Origin: Azolla caroliniana
Lineage: Eukaryota; Plantae; Polypodiophyta
DNA length: 64,000 nt
Reading direction: 5' to 3'
Assembly (NCBI GenBank): GCA_043228905.1
Contig: JBHGNT010000005.1
Coordinates: 5,642,001 to 5,706,000, forward strand
Both the position numbers and the translations under genes were made by a program. Shown one piece after another: positions 57,945-64,000 of this stretch (the first letter of the stretch is position 1; every line of letters begins with the position of its first letter). Under the pieces are notes generated by a model. It had not been told where the DNA came from. It ran no database searches and was given only the letters and a program-made list of their open reading frames with translations.

Positions 57945-60900
57945 TGTCGTAGTGTGAATCACACACTACGTGAAATATGTAAAATACTATATCCGATTTA
58001 AAGTACGTATAATAAATAAAATAAAATATTAAAAATGTTTATTACATGCATAAGGCAAGATTCAAACCCTATACCTCCACGTAAATAAACCCCAACCTTA
58101 CCATTGTACTAACTTATCCTGAGTGTTTGAAATATAGATTTAATACGTATAAGACCTTTATTTACCTTTATTAAAAGGTAAGTCATGCATTTTTTTAGAA
58201 TGCGCGAATACTTTATTTATAAGAAAAATGTACACCAATAAAAAATGACTCGTGCACATCTAGCGAGCATGAGCACTATATTTAGGAAATAAAAGCATAC
58301 TGTAAAAAGGCAACTCATGCACATTTAGTGTGCATGAACACTTTAGAAAAAGCATGAAGCTATGCTTAGCCTCTTCCATCCTTATATAAGGAGGAGAGAA
58401 AGATGTATGGGGGGTTATTGATTATTTTACAAGGGTTGATTAATATAATATAATCGTGGGATTCACGAATTTGCTAACTATTTTTCTCTCTTAATTTGAG
58501 TAGTCCCTAATACACCATACTCGTGGGATTCACGAGTTTTTCATATCTTTCTTTCTTACAATATATTTCATATTCGTCATTGCCTTAGAATTTTCTTTTC
58601 TCCTAGTCCAAAACCTCAGTTGTTCCCACCCGACTCACGCAAACGATCCGGAGCCAAAAGGCATGACACAAGTGGTGAACCCGACGTGAAAACGAGTGGC
58701 AAGGAGATGGAAAATCAACCGGAGGCTAACAACATGATGATGATGTTCGAGCAGATGCTTCAAGAACAACGTGCGATGTCATAGATAGCGGCGGCAGTAG
58801 AGCAGCTCGTGCAACGGATCGGGCAATTCAATGGGAAGGACGTATCACACTATCTTCGGGACTACAAGGCGGAAATGATACGATGCGGGATTTCGAAAGG
58901 ACTGCAAGTGACATCCTTCAACCGGGTAGCTACTGATGGGCTTCAAGCAAGTATCCACGGGCTACGACAACAAAATCCGACGTGGGAAGCATTTGAAGAG
59001 GCGCTAAAGACCACGTTCACTATCGAGGACTCCTCCAAGGCAATGCGGAGAGGATTTGAGGATTGGGTGGAAACGCCAAACAAGGGGATGAAGGTCCTCG
59101 ATGTGTTTTCGGCATTCGAAAGTTGGTTCGGGAAGTTGTCTGCGAGAGATCAAGCTATCCTCACACCAGACAAAGTTATCATGTTCTTACGAGCCGTAGA
59201 CGTCCGTGACCGGAAGGATTTTGGAGTGCTTCTAGAGGACACGACTACCGAGAGTGGCCTCACTGAAACATGGGAAAGCGTGCGGGATATCGTCGCGTGA
59301 TACACAAAGAGGGGGCAATGGCTTGCCAACTAAGAAAAGAGGGTTTCGGAACCAATTCCGAAATCGAGATTCGGATCGGAAGACCATCAACCGCGGGCTC
59401 GGGAGACTACGACCGAGAAGGGAATCGACGCAACCACGGTGGAGCAATTGTTGAAGGAGATGGAGAATCTGAAAATTGCGATGGTGAAGAAGACGGAAGA
59501 CTATCCCGCAAGTTCCAATTACATGGTCCGTTGATGCATACGGTGCGATAGCACCGAACATGATCAAAGAGATTGTGACGAGCACAAGGAGGCACTACGA
59601 TGGGATCTTATCTACTATGAGGGAAATCAGATTCATTCGATGGATTCTCGGAAGCCACTCCGACCGAACTTCCGGAAAGGCGGCATGAAGAAGGTCCTAG
59701 ACAAGGAGATCGCGGCGAAAGACAATTATGCGACAACCGCGGGAATACGTGTGGGGGAGTCATCTGTAGCAAAGGCGTCTTTTTGGCCGGAAGTGTTAGA
59801 AATTTCGAAGAAAGCCGACCATGATGAAATCCGAAGTGCCGCGGAATGTATTTGGGAAGCTACGGGATGGGAGTGCCCCGTAGATAAGCGTAGCGTACAT
59901 GCGCTATGTCAATTGCATGAAGTGTATGTGGATGAAAAACGACGGCGCACGGATGATGCGGCCGAACCATCAAAGACACCGAAAAGTTGGAACTCCGGAG
60001 GGAAGGGAAAAGAAAAGACGATTCCGGCATTCAAACTCGCCTTAGACATCGAACAATAAACGGACTTGAAAAAGGTGTTCAAAGAGAGAATCCTCGATAT
60101 CCAGGTAGAATTTTCGCTTCGGGAATTACTCGGAATAGCAAAGAAGGAGTTCCATGATCTTCTTGTAGATCTCGTGAAAAGAAAAAGACAAACTACGGAG
60201 GAAAATGCGCCGATGGTGAATGCAAATACCGTTCTGATGAACGACACCGAAGTGGAGGACGAGATTCCGAATTCCCACTATACAAAGCCACATTGGGCGC
60301 GTGCAACTACCGAAACTCTATCTGAATCGGCGACATCAAAGAGCTCGTGCTAGCATTGATTGATCACGGATCAGAGATCAATTTGATGTCTAAGGAGTTC
60401 TATCAGAAGGGGAAGTGGCCTATTAACACCAATCGTGGATGGAAGATCCGGGCGGCCACTAAAGCAACGGAAGATCTATTTGCGGCTTGTCCGGATGATC
60501 GGGGATGTCAAGATCGACCAAAATTTCTTCGTACAAGACGAGGTCTCACATTTTGTGATCCTCGAGCAACCCTTTATCACGGCTTCACGGATGGAGACGA
60601 AGGTGCTCGATAGCGATGCGGCTTTTGCATGAATTCGGAGCCAAAACGGAGGGAAATCCGTCCAATTCCTAACGGTGCCGGCAAATCATGAAAGGAACAA
60701 GAGAGAGCTCTTGTCCCAAACAAGGATGGATTTTTAGAGCGGACTATTGCGGAGTGGGGAAGTGATAGTCCGAGAAGCCCTGATACCCCACACAGGAAGA
60801 AAACTCTCAGAGCAAAACAAGTACGAATCGGTCCAGATGGGGCATCTACGTACACAGCTGTAACCGGAGGAAAGAAGAAAGAATACCGAAAAGTGGAGGA

Positions 60901-63900
60901 TAAGTTACAGTCGGCATCAATAATAAAAGAAGACGAAGAAATCGTGGGAATAATCGAAGAAGTGTTCTATGGGAGCACGCTACAACGGCTTGAAGAGCTT
61001 GCGGAAGATACAAGCCAAGGACCGGGTAATTCCGGTGGAATCGGTCGAGATGTACGAGATCATTGTGAAAATGGGGCCGGATGCGCTCCGCAAAGAAGTA
61101 GCAATGGTAAGCACGAAATACAAGACCGTGGAGAAGAAAGTGAAACTGGTCGCGGGACCGTTACCCGCCGATAGCAAACAAAAGAGGAAAGAAGTCTCGG
61201 GGGATCCGACACTTCAGAAGTCCATGGATATCGGACATGCCTTCATGGATGAGACCTGGAAGAAACTTTGGATCGGTGGAGGTGGTTTCCTTTTACAAAA
61301 TGAAGAAGAACGATTCCGAGGGATGTTGGAACAACATGGGAAAGCATTTGCATTCACATCGAAGGAGATAGGGTGCGTTGATCCGAAGATAGTGGAGCCG
61401 ATGGTGATCTTCACGATTGACCATGTGTCGTGGAACCTGAAGCCGATTCCAGTGCCACGGACACATATTCTGAAAGTCATCGACTTGCTCAAGGAGAAGG
61501 TGGCGATGGGGATTCTAGAGCTATCAAACGCTCTGTACTCAAATCGATGGTTTACGGTTCCGAAGAAGAATGGGTCACTCCAATTTATTCAAGATTTGCA
61601 ACCGGTGAACAGGTCACGATCCGGAATTCCGGAGTCGGTCCGATAGTGGACGAATTTGCGGAAGCATTTGCCGGTTGCGCGATATACTCCATCGGAGACC
61701 TATACTCCGGATATGACCAATTCCAACTACCCGTGGAGAGCCGAGACATCACTACCATGCGGACACCGCTAGGATTAGTCCGTATGTGCACACTACCACA
61801 AGGCGCAACAAACTTGGTCGCACATATGATGAATGCAATGAACAAGGTGCTCCAGGACTGCATTCCGGAGATAACAATGCCATTCCTAGATGACATTCCG
61901 ATAAAAGGATGCACGGTGGAAGAAAAAGATGAGACTACAGATGATCGGGAATGCCGACAGTTCGTAGTCGACCATATTCGCGATTGCGAGAAAGTGCCTC
62001 GAAAGTTAGAAGATGTGCACCTAACACTTTCCGGTGAGAAATTGGCATTCGGGCAAGAAGAAATATTGGTAGTCGGACATCTATGTGGGCCCTACGGCCG
62101 AAGACCGTCACCAACCAAGATCGACGCGATTCAAGCTATGAAAGAAGTATGCGAGTCACAATCCGAAGTCCGAAGGTTTCTTGGAGCATGTGCATTCTAC
62201 CACATATGGATTCCGCACTATGCACATATTGGGAACCTACTCTATCACTTGTTGCGGAAGGGTAAGAAGTTTGAATGGAAACCAGAGCATACCAAAGTCG
62301 TGAAGAAGCTCAAGAAATCACTACGGAGGGCAAAAGCACTAAAGAAGCCGAACTATGACCGACCGATCATAGTAACGGTTGACACAAGTCCAACCAAAAT
62401 CGGATGGGTCATCAATCAAGCCGATCCGGATGGTTCGCAATATCCGATCCGATTTGGAGCAAAGGTTCTCAACGAAAGGCAACGCGGATATGCACAAGTT
62501 AAAAGAGAATTATGGGGAGTCTTGTCGGCAATCAAATCGGATCGAGATTATTTGATCAGAGCCGAAGTAGTGATCGAAACGGATTGTCTTCCGATACTCA
62601 GGATGATGCGGTGTTGCACGATACCGGATGTGGCTATGCTAAGATGGATTGCATATGTTAAGTCGCTTAATCCGGAGGTACAACACATCTCTGGAAAAGA
62701 CAACGCGGTAGCGGATATGCTATCAAGGGCGCGGTTTGGAGATGACATAACCGAATCCGATAATGAAGAAGTTTCCGAAGACTACTTTGCTTCGGAGCAC
62801 ATATACCGGGTGAACGTAATCTGAGAATTCCGGGAAGAACAATACGAGGGAGAAAGCTTGCTGATCGAGAAAGTGCTACAAGAAATCGAGGAATCATCGA
62901 ACAATAAAGAAAAGAGAGCCGAGATCCGAAGTAAGAAGCGGCAAGTCCGAAAGTTCTTCTTGAAAAATGGATTAATATAGAGGGAGCCGAAAAGACCGGA
63001 TAGCATACCACTTCGGGTAGTCGGGACGAAAGAGCAACGAAACCGGATAATGTCCGAATTTCACGAATCCGATTGGGCTGGACATCGAGGAACATGGGCA
63101 ACTTTTGTGAAAATCAAACAAAAATATTGGTGGAAGAACATGTACAAAGATATAGCAGAGTTCACGGAAAGCTGCGAGAAGTGTCAAATCTACTCCGGAG
63201 TTCAATACCGAGATGAGTTACATCCGACATTCTCACCGACAATCAACTTCAAATGGATGGTCGATATTGTAGCCATGCCAACCGGGATCGGACAAAAGAA
63301 GTACTTGGTGTTAGCTCGGGAAGATCTCACAAACCAAGTAGAAGGTCAGGCACTACGGAGGAAAACATGTTCTGCGGTATGCCAATTCCTTTTGGAAGAA
63401 GTGTTTTGCAGGTACGGGTGCATAGGACAAGTGATTGCGGATCGGGGAGAACTCGACTCTGATAAAGGTATAGAATTCTTCACCAAACATGGAGTTCGGT
63501 TAACACTGACAACGGCATACAATCCGGAAGCCAACAGGAAGATCGAACGAGGACATAGTCCGATGGTCAAAGCACTTGCAAAGGCATGCGATGGAAGGGT
63601 GAAGGATTGGCTGCAGATGCTTCCGTATGCACTATGGGCGGATCGGACGACGCATAGCTCCGTAATCGGTTACATGCCGGCATAACTCATGACCTGACAA
63701 CCACCGGTAATGCCAACGGAAACCGCGATCGCGACATGGACAGTGCTACCATGGAAGGAAGAGATGAGCCAGGAAGAACTACTAGCAGTCCGGATATGAC
63801 AACTAGAGGGAAGACCGGAAGACATAGCGGAAGCAATACGCCAACAACAAGAAGCGTGATTCTGGAATAAAAGCCGGTTCGACACAAAGCACCGACTACG

Positions 63901-64000
63901 ACCGTGGAAGATTGAAGAAGGAGATTGGGTGATTGTCTACGACAGTAGTTTGGATCATCAACATACAACGATGCGGAAGTTCGCGAAAAGGTGGTTCGGG
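57945..64000 (+). mobile_element. Element F: decayed Ty3/gypsy relative of D, runs past the window end
   Basis: 5' LTR at 57945-58668, tRNA-Trp PBS at 58673-58690, coding region collinear with D. Confidence 0.9.
58707..64000 (+). pseudogene. Element F gag-PR / pol pseudogene
   Basis: IGQFNGKD, ALIDHGSEIN, DLYSGYDQ, FLDDIPIKG and ADRGE all match D, but with many stops and frameshifts. Confidence 0.92.

Overview
A eukaryotic, repeat-dominated window with no convincing host protein-coding gene. The tRNA sequence, primer-binding sites and retroelement types point to a land plant, and I infer a moss (Physcomitrium-like). An AT-rich backbone carries a decayed Ty1/copia element (9.3-14.1 kb), LINE 3' fragments and a long array derived from tRNA-Asn(GTT). 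The array spans ~15.5-22.2 kb and 33.9-35.7 kb and has one intact gene at 19200-19273; the last block is inverted. Ty3/gypsy LTR retrotransposons are nested into this backbone in three stacks: array <- A (non-autonomous, 22224-33878) <- solo LTR B <- C (intact chromovirus, 25517-31262); LTR G <- E (decayed chromovirus) <- B (non-autonomous, 38882-50704) <- D (intact autonomous, 39564-46695); and F (decayed relative of D, from 57945 to the window end). A, B and D share LTR termini and PPT, A, D and F share a tRNA-Trp PBS, and all four A/B/D insertions duplicate the same 4-mer, ACGT. D and F share a GGATTTT -1 frameshift site with a conserved pseudoknot and a D-H-G protease motif. Several LTR families carry an antisense Pol III A/B-box module. 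All alignments were done by eye; no database searches were run.
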